From: Basidiobolus meristosporus CBS 931.73
Taxonomy: Eukaryota > Fungi > Basidiobolomycota
Assembly: GCA_002104905.1 (NCBI GenBank)
Contig: MCFE01000247.1
Span: 50,986 to 114,985 of the forward strand
DNA: 64,000 nt
Reading direction: 5' to 3'
The number at the start of each line of letters is the position of its first letter. The first letter of the stretch is position 1. Both the position numbers and the translations under genes were made by a program. This document shows, piece after piece, positions 1 to 12,516 of the stretch. The notes beneath the pieces were generated by a model. It searched no databases and was not told where the DNA came from. It was given only the letters and a program-made list of their open reading frames with translations.

Positions 1-106
1 GTAAATCCCAACAAGGAATTTGGTCAGTATTCACTAGGATTTGAAGGTAATGATCCAATTGACTAAGTTAGGTGAGACTTAGGTGGAATTACAAACTTTT
101 ACAACA
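1..106 (-). repeat. Partial 3' LTR of copia element A
   Basis: Begins TGTTGTAAAA on the minus strand 11 nt after the RNase H stop. Homologous to 4336-4441. Confidence 0.85.
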
Positions 107-117
107 CTACCACTCAG

Positions 118-3100
118 CTAAATGTTCATACTGACTAGTCCTTGTTTTGACCTAAGATATTCAAACTTCTCTCTAGCTAATGGTTTAGTAAATAAATCTG
201 CAATCATTTCATCTGTAGGACAGTAGCCTAAGATAACTAAGTTATCATCTATAGCTTCACATATGAAATGATGTCTAATATCTATGTGCTTGGTTCTAGC
301 ATGAAAAGTTGGATTTTGACCTAATTGTTTATATCCCTGATTATCTTGAAATAAAGTAATAGGTGTTTTTTGACATAGACCAATATCTGTAAAAAGCTTT
401 CTTAACCACATTGCTTCTTTTGTAGCTTCACAGGCTGCCATATACTCTGCCTCTGTGGTAGAAAGTGCTATGGTTGGTTGCTTTCTGGAATTCCATGAAA
501 TTGCTCCTTGACAGTAAAGAAAGCTGTATCCTGTGGTGGATCATCTGTCTTCTGAATTTCGTCCCCAATCAGCATCAGAGTATCCCACAAGATCCTGTTC
601 TGAATCCTTATAAGTGTATCTTAAGCGGATTTCAGCAGTTCCTCATAGATATCTAAAGATCCACTTAACTGCTGCAATATGGTCAGATCCATAGTTCTGG
701 TTATGCTGGCTGACAACTCCCACAGAATATGAGATATCTGGACATGTTCCAAGCATGATATACATCAGACTGCCAACCATAGATTGATCAGGAAAGTCAG
801 GGCTTTTAGATGGCACCAAGCTCTCTTGATTTGGTTCAGTTTTGACCAAATGAAGGTTTGTATCCATTGGGGTAGCTGCTGGTTTACAGTCTTCCATTTT
901 GTACTTCTTTAGTATATCTTGAATATACTTGGATTGGCTTAGGGTAATAGTCTGGGTACTTCTGTCTATAGAGAACTTAATCCCTAAGTAGTAACTGAGT
1001 TCTCCTAGATTGGACATCTTAAACTCCTTAGATAGCTTGGATTTAGTCTCTTCCAATGTTTATAGGTTATTAGTGGCTATAATAAGATCATCCGCATAAA
1101 GAGCTAATAGAGCTAGATTTGCTCTATCTGGCTTATAGTATATACTATAGTCAGCATTGCTCCTTTTGAAACTCAAAGATTCCAAATAGGAATCTATCTT
1201 GCAATTCCAGGCTCTGGGTGATTGTTTGAGACCATATAGTGACTTTTTAAGCTTGCAGACCAAATGGGGGTTATCTTGGTCAACAAACCCATCAGGCTGG
1301 CTCATATACATGGCCTCATCAAGTTCTCCATTCAAAAATGCAGTTTTTACATCCATTTGATGAATAAAGAACTTATATTTGGCTGCAATAGCTAATATTA
1401 ATCTGATGGAATTAAACTTGGCTACCGGTGCAAAGGTCTCAGTATAGTCAAGTCTTTTTGTTTGAGTGTATCCTTTGGCCACAAGTCTTGCTTTGTATCT
1501 TTCAATTGTACCATCAGCCTTGTATTTTGTCTTGAAGACCTATCTGCATCCAATTGATTTTTGGTTGATTGGTAATTTGGCTAAGTCCCAAGTTTGATTA
1601 TCCATCAGGCCCTGATATTCCTCAGTCATTGCAGATCTCCAAAACTTCATCTGAGGGCTATTTAGGGCATCTTTTAAAGTCTGGGGCTCATCAATATGGA
1701 CTCAATAGGCATAGGCTAAGTTTGTACCCTCATTGATATAGTAATTTGGGCTATTTCTTGTCCAATTGGATCTCCAGGCATTTGATACTGGAATGATCAC
1801 TTCTGAGATATTCCTGAGCACTGATTCTGGCTTAACCAAGGTTGTAGAGTGCTCTGGAGTGAAAAAATTTTCATTGCTTTGCTCTGATTCAATGCTGACA
1901 ATTGGTGGACTTGAGATCAGATTTTTGTCATCATCTGATGTCATTTTTTGTGAAAATTTAGAGTTTTCATCAGACAACACATCCCTAGACTTGATTAGCT
2001 ACTTCTCTGCAGTATTATGGAGTCTATATGCTTTCATCTCATTGCAGTAACCCAAAAATATGCATTTTACACTTTTTGGCTCAAATTTTGACTGATTTCT
2101 GGGCAGTTTCTTGGCATATGCTGTACACCCAAATATTCTTAGATGTTCTGCACTTGATCTGTACCCATACCATGCTTCAAATGGAGTAGAATCACAATGT
2201 ATTCTGTTATGACTCCGATATTTAAGGTATACTGCAGTGGCATCTGATTCTGCCCAAAAATCATAGGACAATTTTTGATCATGGACCATAGATCTTGCTA
2301 TATCAATTATTAACCTGTTAGCACGTTCTGCTACTTCATTTTGCCTTAGGAAGTATGGTACAGTAGTCTCTTGCTTTATCCCATAATTTTGCAGAAGTGG
2401 ATGAAGAGTTTTGAGGTATATTCTTCACCATTGTCAGAGCGCATTATCTTAAATTTTTTCATTAGTTTCTCTCTTGACCATGGCTTTAAATGCCCTGAGC
2501 TTAGACAGAGCTTCTTCCTTTCTCTCCATAAAGTAAACCCACATATATCTTGTATAATCATCAATCAAAGTGATCAAATACTTCATCCTGCCTAAGGATA
2601 AATTTTGCATAGATCCACACAGATCTGAGAGAATTAGATCTAATTTTTCATAGTTTTGACTAACCCAGAGCTCTTGAACAGTTGTCTGGCTTGTTTTCCA
2701 TATATGCAGGCTTCACAGTGCTCCAAATTAGCTGGGGGATCAATTTTTACTCCGGAAATTAGCTAATCTTTGATCATTTTGCGCAAATAATCAAAATTGA
2801 TGTGCCCAAGTCTCCTGTGCCAAAGCATTGGTGTTTCTTCATTCAAGTTACTTACATTGGCTTCCAAATATGATGGAATATATGTTAACTTGTATAGATT
2901 CTGATCTCTGATACCCAAAGCAATATGGGCACCATTTTGATCAGTGATCTTATATCCAGAATTGTCAAAGCTGAAATTGAGTCCTTCTGCTGTGGCCTTG
3001 CTTACATGTAGTAGGTTCTTGGCTATTTCTGGTTCATAGAGTGCTTCTTTAAAGGTCAGTGTATGGCTTCCTTCACTGCTTCTTAGGTTTACTTGGATAG

Positions 3101-4088
3101 TTCCTTCTCCCACTGCATCCAGTGTTCTATCATCACCCATGAAAACCTTCTTAATTGAAATTTCTTGATATTGGGTAAAAAGTTCTTTTTGGTGTGTAAA
3201 GTGCTGAGATGCTCCAGAGTCAGTATACGACATCTGAGAATCCTTGTCTGTGGTTATACTTAGTGCAGATATGAATAGTCTATCTTCAGTTGTTGCAGCA
3301 TTTCCATATTCAGGCTTTTTCTGCTGACAATCTTTCTTTCTGAAGCATCAGTTGGATGTGTGTCCTTTCTTTTTGCAGTAGTTACAAAACAGATTGTTGT
3401 TGCCATTGTAGGGTTATGGGTACCTCATTTGTTAGTTATCATTGCTTATTAGAGCATTTTCTTCCTCCTTCTTATTGGCACTTGATTTTCTTAATTCTTC
3501 ATCCAGGAGCCTTCCATATACTTAATTTCAGGTCAAATCTTCAGTACTGGACTCTAGGGCTGATACAAGGCCCTGAAACTTGCCTGTCTGGCTATTCAGG
3601 ATGGTAAATCTCACATCCTCATCAGTGGTTGGTATGCCCACAGATTCCATGTCATCTACCAGCAGGGTAATTTTGTTAAGAAGATTTTTCATTTCTTCTC
3701 CTGGCAACATCTTTGTAGTAAAGAATTTTTGTCTCAGATACATTCTCTTAGCAGCTGAACATGACTGGTAGGTGTTTTATAATGTCTTACAGGTATTCTT
3801 TGCCATTTTTGCTCTTGATCATTGAATTAGCAATTTGTCCTTATCATTAAGGCAAATGCAGTTAAAGGCACTTTGTTCTTTCTTCTGTTACTTTAAGGCT
3901 TCCTCTCCCACATTTTTAGGAGGACATTCTTCTCCCATGACAATATCCCAAAGGCCTCTTTCTTGTAGCAGCATCTTTGTCTTCACCTTCCACACTTGGT
4001 AGTTAGATCCATCCAACTTTTCAGCAGAGGGAAAAATTCCAGTAATAGCAGTAGTAGACATTGCAGAGAGTGACAGCTTGGGGCTCAT
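118..4088 (-). pseudogene. Disrupted copia gag-pol polyprotein
   Basis: ORF fragments: 3888-4088 and 3528-3743 (gag, KLDGSNYQVWK), 2763-3233 (protease, GAG-pre-integrase LWHRRLGH), 1999-2564 (integrase, RSDNGEEY), 643-1482 (RT), 118-441 (RNase H). Confidence 0.9.
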
Positions 4089-4092
4089 AACC
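4081..4092 (-). other. Primer-binding site GGTTATGAGCCC (anticodon arm of initiator tRNA-Met, half-tRNA priming)
   Basis: Directly follows the LTR end ...ACAACA. Same sequence as the yeast Ty5 PBS. Repeated at 56399-56411 (GGTTATGAGCCCT) and as a variant at 55426-55437. Confidence 0.85.
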
Positions 4093-4441
4093 TGTTGTCA
4101 GAGTCTTTGGAGATATTGGAAGTGATTGGGAGAACAAGTAGATTATGTGGTTTTTACCTAATGATATGATGAATGTAAAAGTGGTATTTATACTTTTACA
4201 TGGTCTTGGCATAACAAACATGTAGAACAGGTTAAGGAAGATCCCAAGAATATGTGTGCAAAGTTTGGGGCTGTTTGGACAACTTTGAGAATTTTCATGT
4301 TTGGGTACCTGTTATTTTGGTGAAAGTATTTCAAGTAAATCCTGACAAGGAACTTGGTCAGTATTCACTAGGATTTGAAGGTAATGATCTAAGTGACTAA
4401 TTTAGGTGAATACTTAGGTGGAATTATGAATTTTCTCCACA
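4093..4441 (-). repeat. 5' LTR of copia element A (about 350 bp, TG...CA)
   Basis: TGTGGAGAAAA...GACAACA followed by the PBS. Homologous to the LTRs at 43508, 55003, 55438 and 56051. Confidence 0.9.
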
Positions 4442-6230
4442 ATTTGGGCTATTTCTGGTCCTTTTGGATCTCCAGGTTTGTGCTACTGGAACAATCACTT
4501 CTGGGATATTCCTGAGCACTGGTTCAGGCTGAACCACAGCTGTAGAGTCCTCTGGAATGAAATAATTTTCATTGTTTTGCTCTGATTCAATCCTGACAAT
4601 GGGTGGACTTGAGATCAAATTTTTGTCATCATCTGATGTCATTTTTTGTGAAAATTTTGAATTTCATCAAACAACACATCCCTGGACTTGATCAGGCTCT
4701 TTGCTTTGGCATTGTAGGGTATGTATGCCTTACTATCATTGCAGTAGCCCAAAATATGCATTTGGTACTTTCTAGCTCAAATTTTGACTTATTTCCCGGC
4801 AGTTTCTTGGCATATGCTGCGCACCCATATATTGTTAGATGTTCTGCACTAGATCTGTATCCACACCATGCTTCAAATGGAGTAGAATCACAAAGTATGC
4901 TGTTATAACTCCTATTTCTAAGGTACACAGCTGTGGCAACTGAATCTGCCCAAAAATCATTGGATACTTTTTGATGATGGAGCATATTTCTTGCCATATC
5001 AGTTATTGATCTCTGTGAACATTCTGCTACTCCATTTTTCTGTGGGGAGTATGGTAAAGTGGTCACTTGCTTTATCCCATGCATTTTGCTCCCTGGGCCT
5101 AGACAGAGCTTTTTTTGTCTTTCCATAAAGTAGACCCCCATGTATCTTTTATAATCATCAACAAAAGTGATTAAATACTTCATCCCACCTAAGGATAAAT
5201 TTTGCATAGGTTTGCACAGATCTGGGTGAGTTAGATTCAGTTTTTTCTTGATTTGATCAGCCCAGAGCTCTTGAACAGTTGTCTGCCTAGTTTCCCATAT
5301 ATGCAGGGCTCACAGTGCTCCAAATCAGCTGGGGGATCAATGATTACTCTGGAAACTTGCTGATCTCTTATCATTTGCACAAATAATCAAAGTTAAAAGT
5401 TGGATCTTCAGTTCTAGACTCTAGGGCTTATACAAGGCCCTGAGACTCATCTGTCAGGCCACTCAGGATAGTTACTAACAAATCCTCATCAGTCACTGGT
5501 ATACTCACAGATTCCATCTCATCTACCAGCAGGGTAATTCTGTTAAGTAGATTTATCTTTCTTCTCCTGGCAGCATCTTGGCAGTAAAGAGTTTTTGTCT
5601 AAACTACATTCTCTTGGCTGCTGAACATGATGGATAAGTGCCTTCTAATGCCTTCCAAGCATTTTTTGCTGTTTTTGCTCTTGGGCACTGAATTAGCAAT
5701 TTGTCTTTAACATTAGGGCAAGTGCAGTTGAAGGCACTTTGCTCTTTCTTCTAGTACTTTAAGGCTTCCTCTTCAATGCTTTTAGGAGGACATTCTTGTT
5801 CCATGTCAGTATCTCAAATGCCTCTTTGTTGTAGCAGCATCTTCATCTTCACCTTCCACACTTGGTTGTTAGATCCATCCAACTTATTGGCAGAGGGAAA
5901 AATTCCAGTAATAGTGGTGGTAGCCATTGCAGAGAGTGACAGCTTGGGGCACAAAGCCCATTGTAAGTGTCCTTGGAGATATTGGAAGTGATGGGGAGAA
6001 CAAGCTGATAATGTGGTTTTCACTTAATGATATATTGAATGTAAAAGTAGTATTTATACTTTTACATGATCTTGGTGTAGCAAGTGTGTAGAATGAGCTT
6101 AGGAAGGTCCCAAGAGCATGTGTGCAAAGTTTGGGGCTGTTTGGACAACCTTGAGAACTTTTGTGTTCTGGGTACCTGATATTTTGGTGAAAGTATTCCA
6201 AGTCAATCCCAACAAGAAATTTGGTCAGGC
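4442..6230 (-). mobile_element. Older, internally deleted copy of the same copia family (element B), interrupted by element A
   Basis: Integrase ORFs 4692-5207 and 4424-4642 are near-duplicates of 1702-2289. gag remnant at 5400-5950 and LTR remnant at about 5965-6230. The protease region is missing. Confidence 0.85.
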
Positions 6231-6249
6231 CAGAATGCCAATGACAGAA

Positions 6250-7200
6250 TAAGATCTATGTGACTAAATTAACATGAATAATCAGGTGGGACTACATAAC
6301 ATGGAGGACATTGGACCCTGATACACCTTTTGGGAGTCTCCACAGAGCAGATCTGTGGAGAGATAAAAAGAGTGGTCAAGTTGCAAGTACTACCATATTA
6401 CAATCTCATTAAGAATATTGCCTTTAGGTCCATCCTGGATATGATGAGTTGGCATATGGAAGACAGCCTAGAAGTGTTCAAAGATATGCAGCACAGATCT
6501 GTCCATGGAGACACCTATACCTTTGGCATTAAGAAGCTAAGCAGCCCCAATGTGTGGGTACTGAGTTAGGTAATGCAAGGTTGGGTTGAGCACAGCAAGC
6601 AACAAATCTTTAATAGGTCAACTGTACCAAAGTACACTAGACATCTCCTGGGCACAAGCCAATTTTACACCTTTCAAAACAGAATCTCCACAAATAAGTG
6701 CCAGAGCACACCTACAAGGTGGACTAGAATCCAGCAGGGAGAAGGACTACACTGGCCAAGTACCAAGAACTATTTTGTAGATATTCAAGTGGTATACATG
6801 GCAAAAGTGGTTGCAACTAAGCATATGTTTGAAAGATATATACAAGGTATATGGCACCTTTGAAAGTATCACACTGAAATGCCTTGAGTTCAGGTGATAG
6901 AAGTGTGTCAATTGTGGCAGGTATGAACATATACAAAGGTTAGTAAACAGGAGGCCATAGTTTTGGTTGATTTAAACTATATGGGGAATACCCACGGTAG
7001 TAGTGTGTAAGCAAATTTAATGGTGTGACTCTACAGTGGAATGTATGAATTGTGTAAGGGGAGGTAGAAAATGGAATATCATTTGGTAAGCTGGCTTGGT
7101 AGAATTATACAGGACTAGCTGTAGGTCACTGTACTGCTGTGAAAATGCCAACTGAGGTCTGTATTAAGGCTGTCAAAGCATCATCATGTTTCTGCCATAT
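6250..7200 (+). pseudogene. Possible degenerate gag-like/ORF1 remnant of a retroelement
   Basis: CpG-poor. Broken frames contain zinc-knuckle-like segments KCVNCGRYEH (about 6896) and ECMNC (about 7040). No continuous ORF. Confidence 0.3.
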
Positions 7201-8956
7201 AAGGCAATTGCGTATATTGGCCAGTAAGGTCTGCTCAGATAAGTGTAGGCCACATTTATACCATCTGGATGCCATGCAAGTCCCACTAAAAGACAGTTAA
7301 AACACCATCAAGTTTACTACTTAACTTGGCAGTAAAAACTGCAAAACACTGTCACAATCCCACCATTAGATTGTGGAGAAGGTCAAGAATTCCAAGCTGC
7401 TGGCATTATAACAGCCTCATTGTGGGATTCAGATGGCTTATCTGGATCAGATCCACCTGTGGGACTGAATTAGTATTCATAGAAGGATAGGTTGATGGGA
7501 GCCCCAGAAAGTGTTTCCCTATGTCTGGTTGGGGGCAACATCTCAACAACATGAAAAGAGAATAGTGCTTTCATGAAATCCATGATCCCAATGTAGGTAC
7601 CAGATGAGGTTCCTCAATGGATTCCAAGATATCAGCCTGAGTGAAGCATGTAAACCTTATGTACAATTGATTGGGCAAAACTGACCTTGAGTTTGCCCTG
7701 AGTGAATCAGGTCTTACCACCTGTTCAGGCTTAGCAAACCTGCCAACAGCTAGATTCTCAGGTCTCACTGCCACCGCAAATTAGCACCAGTGGGCCCTTC
7801 ACATGCTAATTCATTGAGTCAGTTTTGGCCATTCACTCCCGAAACGGAACTGTTTACACCTGGGGAGTGGAGGCGATTGAAGGAGAGCCACCCAAAAGTG
7901 GTGATATGGTGCGTTGGAGGGTTTGAGATGAGGTCAAACCCATTCTTTCCTGAATTGAACGGCACCTAACAACCCCGGAAGCCGCCATGAAACCACAAGC
8001 GCAGTCCCCGAGTGGTGTATCCTGAGGACATTCTAAGGAGGCGGGAGATAGGAGTCAGACTGAAACAATCCATGGTGATTGCATCTGCCGGCTGGCATGC
8101 CCCTCTGGAGTCACCACTAGGACGTTCAGGAGTCGCTGGTATTCAGTTCTCCATTAGACCAAGGATGCAGAATGATTGAGACACCTGAATCAACCAGCTA
8201 GGGGGATCCGGAGGATCACCAGTCGGGACCTGAAGGTACTGCCAAGGCCGGACGCTCCCTAATTGATGACCCGAAACCGGGCCGGGCGTTTCGACCTCAG
8301 GGACATTCACTGGGCATCAAGCCTCCGACCCAGGAACCGAGCCAGGCATGAAACAAGGTGGGCTGAGATTTGGAACCTTGCAGGCGGGAAACTGAGGAAT
8401 CAGGTGAGGAGCAACTGAACCCATTCGTTGCCTCCTCAGATCCAGTAACTATGAACCCCACCCTAGGTTGGTAGGCAGGCCAATTCCGGGAGAATCATGG
8501 TTGGTGCGCGGTGGAACCTATAGAACCCTGGGCATAGAAGAATACGTAATCAGGTTCCCGAAGAAGATGGGGGTGTATGTACAACCGTCCAGAGGATATC
8601 CTCGGGTGACCAGCCTCCTCCCATATAGTCAAAACTCGGATGACTTTGGCTGTTTATTTACTGGTGGGAAACAAAACGACCTTGCCGACTCATTCATTAA
8701 AGTGGGGGGGGTGTCCCACTGGCAGGAAAGGCGCCAACCGCAATGGAACGATGCCACGGTGACGATGATAGGGATAGCTTGGGATGAAAATCAGAGGGAA
8801 AGGTCTGTGAGGGGGGGGGGGGTTGGGGAGTTTTTTACTTCACCATCTCGGTTCTACTGCGTAAAAAAGGGGGAGGTAGCTAGATGGCTGGATATGAAAA
8901 GGAGAGGCTGGCGGGGATGGCGGTAGAAACGTGCGTTTTTGACGAGCCCTCCGGGA

Positions 8957-10460
8957 TTAACTTAGAGACTTGAGATTGAGCGGATACTCTGCGACGTACA
9001 AGGTCGGCATTAAACGATTTGCGATGGGGTACGTGAATGCTGGTGGGGACTTACTTGTGCCTGATCCTCCGCTAGGATACACTTTCCGTCCGGAACTGCT
9101 GAACGGCTTGGGGTCCGGGAACTCGGTATGAGAGTGGAAGGTCCAGCGTCCTTCGGAGGTAGGAGGGTGCTTCTTGACTACAAAGGGTGTAAACAAAGGA
9201 TTAAACGATCGAACTTGCGCGGCGATTCCATAGTGAGTTACCTTGGTGGGTAGGTTGGGAGGGTGCCTTTGCAATTCCGATGGCAGGTAACGTGTTCACT
9301 GGCGAAGGTGCCTTAGTAACAGGTGGTGGTGGTGGGGGCCCAAGTGCTTTGGGTGCAGCTGATGGAGGTGGTGGTGGGGGCGGTAGTGTCGTGGGTGATA
9401 CGTGAGCCTTGGGTGCAGTATGTGTAAGTTGAGAAGGACCTCTAGATACAGGAGGTGGTGGTGGTGGGGGTGAGACCGGAGTGCTACGCAATGGATTTGG
9501 TGCTCTGTTTGGGGGAGGGGGTGGAGGAGCAGTACTACGGCTAGGTGGTGGCGGTGGTGGACCTGGTCGACGAGCAGGTGGTGGTGGTGGCTTTCTTCCC
9601 CCAGGAGGGGGTGGTACACTTCTACGTGATGGTGGTGGTGGAGCAGGGCCTCTGGCCGGAGGGGGTGGTGCCGGGCCTCTTCTAGGAGGAGGTGGAGCAG
9701 CACCTCTTGGCGGTGGAGGTGGGGCAGCATTTCTCGGGGGTGGTGGTGGAATGGCACTTCTCTGAGGAGGTGGAGCAACCGATCTGTTGGGTGGTGGGGA
9801 AGCTACGTTTCTTTGAGGCAGTGGCGGATTAAATGTACTAGTTTTGTTAACAGGTGGTGGAGGTGGGGGAATATTATTCACAGGCTTGCTTGGGAGACTC
9901 GAGCCGTTAAAGCGGCCAGCGGGCGGTGGGGGTAAAGCTGAAACAGCGGGTTTTGGAGCTGAAAAGCCATTCCCTTTATAGACATGGGGTGAGTACGGCA
10001 TGGCCTAAAACCAACTGTAGGTGAATGGCTATGAAATAAAGCACATTACCTTCATCTTTACCCGTATCTATTCCTCCGCGAGATTTAAGTTTAGGCATCC
10101 CACCGGCAAATAATCCGCCTAGCCCAGGTGGACCGCCCATCCCAGTCGGGGCACTACTCCCGCCAGCACTTGCCGATCCACCACTGAAACCGGTAGATGC
10201 ACTTGGGCCAGACGTTTTTCCTGTTTTGCGTAGCGAGAAGCAGTGAGTATTTTCCGGTCGAGGCGTTTGAAGGCCAGATGAAGATGGAGTTGTATGTGCA
10301 ACCAGGTACCTGAAAGTTGTGGACCGGATCTGTCGTTGGTAACCGTTTTCTTCAGTCTAGTGCCAGTTTGGATTTGGCTTAGCAAGGCGGAACGATTAGG
10401 TGCCGCTGGCGGGGGACCCCCTGAGGCAGGCGGTGGGGGTGGTGGTGGGGGGCCAGGCAT
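8957..10460 (-). CDS. VRP1: Verprolin/WIP-family actin regulator (spliced)
   Basis: N-terminal MPGPPPPPPPP plus WH2 (RSALLSQIQTGTRLKKTVTNDRS), GLGGLFAGGMPKLK motif, poly-proline body, and a C-terminal WASP-binding motif (GRWTFHSHTEFPDPKPF...KVYPSG). GT-AG introns. Confidence 0.9.
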
Positions 10461-10877
10461 CTTGTTTGAAAAGAAGAAACTACTGTATAAAGGAGAATTT
10501 ACTGTAGAAGAGAATAAGCTACTTTGTGGAAACTGGAAGTTAAAGTTGGTCAAATGACACCCAAACCCGAACTCGTATTTCCGATTCGCAAAACATCGGG
10601 AAAGTCAAATAACCACCGGCAGAAATCATGGAAATCCGGGGAGTCAAACATCGATCATTGATGACGAGTATGGTGGAGCTTAGACAAGATTGATTGGCCA
10701 GTTGGTAAAGCTCTGACCGCGCATATCCCAAGATTTCAAAACGCCATAGTTTGGAAACGCGAGAAGGACGACCCTCATTTATTTTTGGTTCGGTGATCAC
10801 AAAATACAAAATACTCCCTGGATCGATAATTATAACTACATTCTCTATGCTATGTAAGGTGCGGGGCAGGCTGGGAA

Positions 10878-12123
10878 TTACATCCACTCCAAAGCCAGGA
10901 TCTCTCTTCTGACCCGTTCTTCCACGGTGTATACAGTGGTTACCTTGAATTGAGCCTCACGTTCAACGAGTTGTCGGAAAAGGAGAACGCTTCCATTACA
11001 CCCAAAGTACATGGATTTGGCCGCAACATAGGCAACACCGCCACGCTTCAGCAACGCCTTGATAAGATTGTAGAGTTTCAAGTGGGACTCGACAGAGTAG
11101 ATGGTCTCGGAGGTAAGCAAGACGTCGTACTTGTCCTCTTCGCTGAGATTCAACAAGGCCTAATCGAACGTGATTAATGAAGGGACCACAAGTTAAGCAC
11201 GCCATTGGAGCACTCTACCGGTAGGGACTCCCAATCTCCGGAAAAGAAGCGGGTTCGTTTGGAAAGCTCCTGCAAGACTTGCTTCTCGTCAGCATCTTCG
11301 ATATCCTGCTCGATCAAGCCATTGACTAGATCCGAGTCTGGTTGGGGGCGTGTCACAGTGTTGACCATAACGTTAGGGATGGTGATCAATCTAAGGACCT
11401 GCTCATTATAATCCTGCATATGGACAGCACATGTTTGATGCTGTACAAGGCAGTAGAGCGAGGGTAGCGAGGATCCACACCCTATCTAAATCCAGCCACG
11501 AATCAGCAAAGGCCCTAGGATGGATCGAGGAAACCTACTCACCTCGAACACCTTCTTGTCATCGAAAAAGTTTTTTGGAAGTTGGGTGGACATGAAGCGA
11601 ACCAGATCGACGGAGCATTCCCAGGTCTTGAAGCCACCTGTACATATCACATAAGTTAACCAAAGCTGCGGGTCGTTCTCGGGCCACCAGCTTGACGCTA
11701 ACCTTCATAAACACCGGCCACCAGATCGGAATTGTCTTCCAAACCAACAATGTTCTTTTGCTCGCCGTTCTCGATCTGATCCTCTTGGGCAAGTTGGAAT
11801 TTGACGTCAGATAAATGACGTTTGTAGATGGGCTGGAGGTCTTGAGCGAACAAAATGGGTTCAACAACTATGTTCGTGGGCTACAACAATGTCAGCACCA
11901 TTTCTGAGAAACCCCTTCAGAGAAAAGTGACCGCTCTCTTACCAAAGGGAGTATGACCTCCGGAGAGACTTCGCGGCTGGACTCGTAAGAAATAGAAACC
12001 TCAGGGTTTACTTGATCGACGCTATCATCGTCATCCTAGGGTGCAGGGAAGTTGAGCCAGAGCGCCTTTTGTGAAGCATGTCGGGGACAAAGTGCCACTT
12101 ACCACAAAGTCGAAGCGAAACAT
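10878..12123 (-). CDS. HPM1: Histidine protein methyltransferase, METTL18/Hpm1 family (spliced)
   Basis: Starts MFRFDFV. Motifs SDLVAGVYEG-GFKTWECSVDL, FFSGDWESL, SETIYS and YVAAKSMYFG. Confidence 0.85.
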
Positions 12124-12516
12124 TGTACTAAGGTCAAATAGGCGAACCCAGAAGCCTCGAAAACCCCATTTCAATATGGAATATAACCCGATGGTTTTTT
12201 TTATCCGGTTTGACGAAAGGCTGTTTAATCTGATTGCCTGCTCACATCTGTGATTAGTTTCACGACGAAGTAGGCAAGATCCATTTTTCTTTTGAACCAA
12301 ATCCGGATTTTTCTTCACCGATACCATGCAAATCTGCTAGGATGCAAATTGAGGCTATATTGCACACTATGCAGTCCGAGGATTCTTCTATCGTCCGTAA
12401 ACGCTCCATTATCAACGAGATCGGTTGTGTTTGTTGGTAAATGAGGAATGGAATTATTTATTCAATCAAAAAGTATATGTATATGAAAGTTGTTGGGGCG
12501 AATTATTACACTGCGC

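Larger units (their letters stand above)
1..4441 (-). mobile_element. Ty1/copia LTR retrotransposon, element A (degenerate; 3' LTR runs off the window)
   Basis: Minus-strand order LTR(4093-4441)-PBS-gag-protease(DSGASQH)-integrase-RT(QMDVKTAFLNG, YADD)-RNaseH(RTKHIDIRHH)-LTR(1-106) is copia domain order. Multiple stops and frameshifts. Confidence 0.95.

Noticed and set aside
7571-8926. CpG-containing block with short ORFs and a poly-G run, possibly a retroelement 5' region
   Set aside because: No recognisable motif, terminal repeat or second copy in the window, so it could not be assigned.
9296-10557. His/Leu-rich and Gly-rich ORFs (9296-9778, 9481-9765, 10294-10557)
   Set aside because: Alternative frames of the poly-proline verprolin exons.
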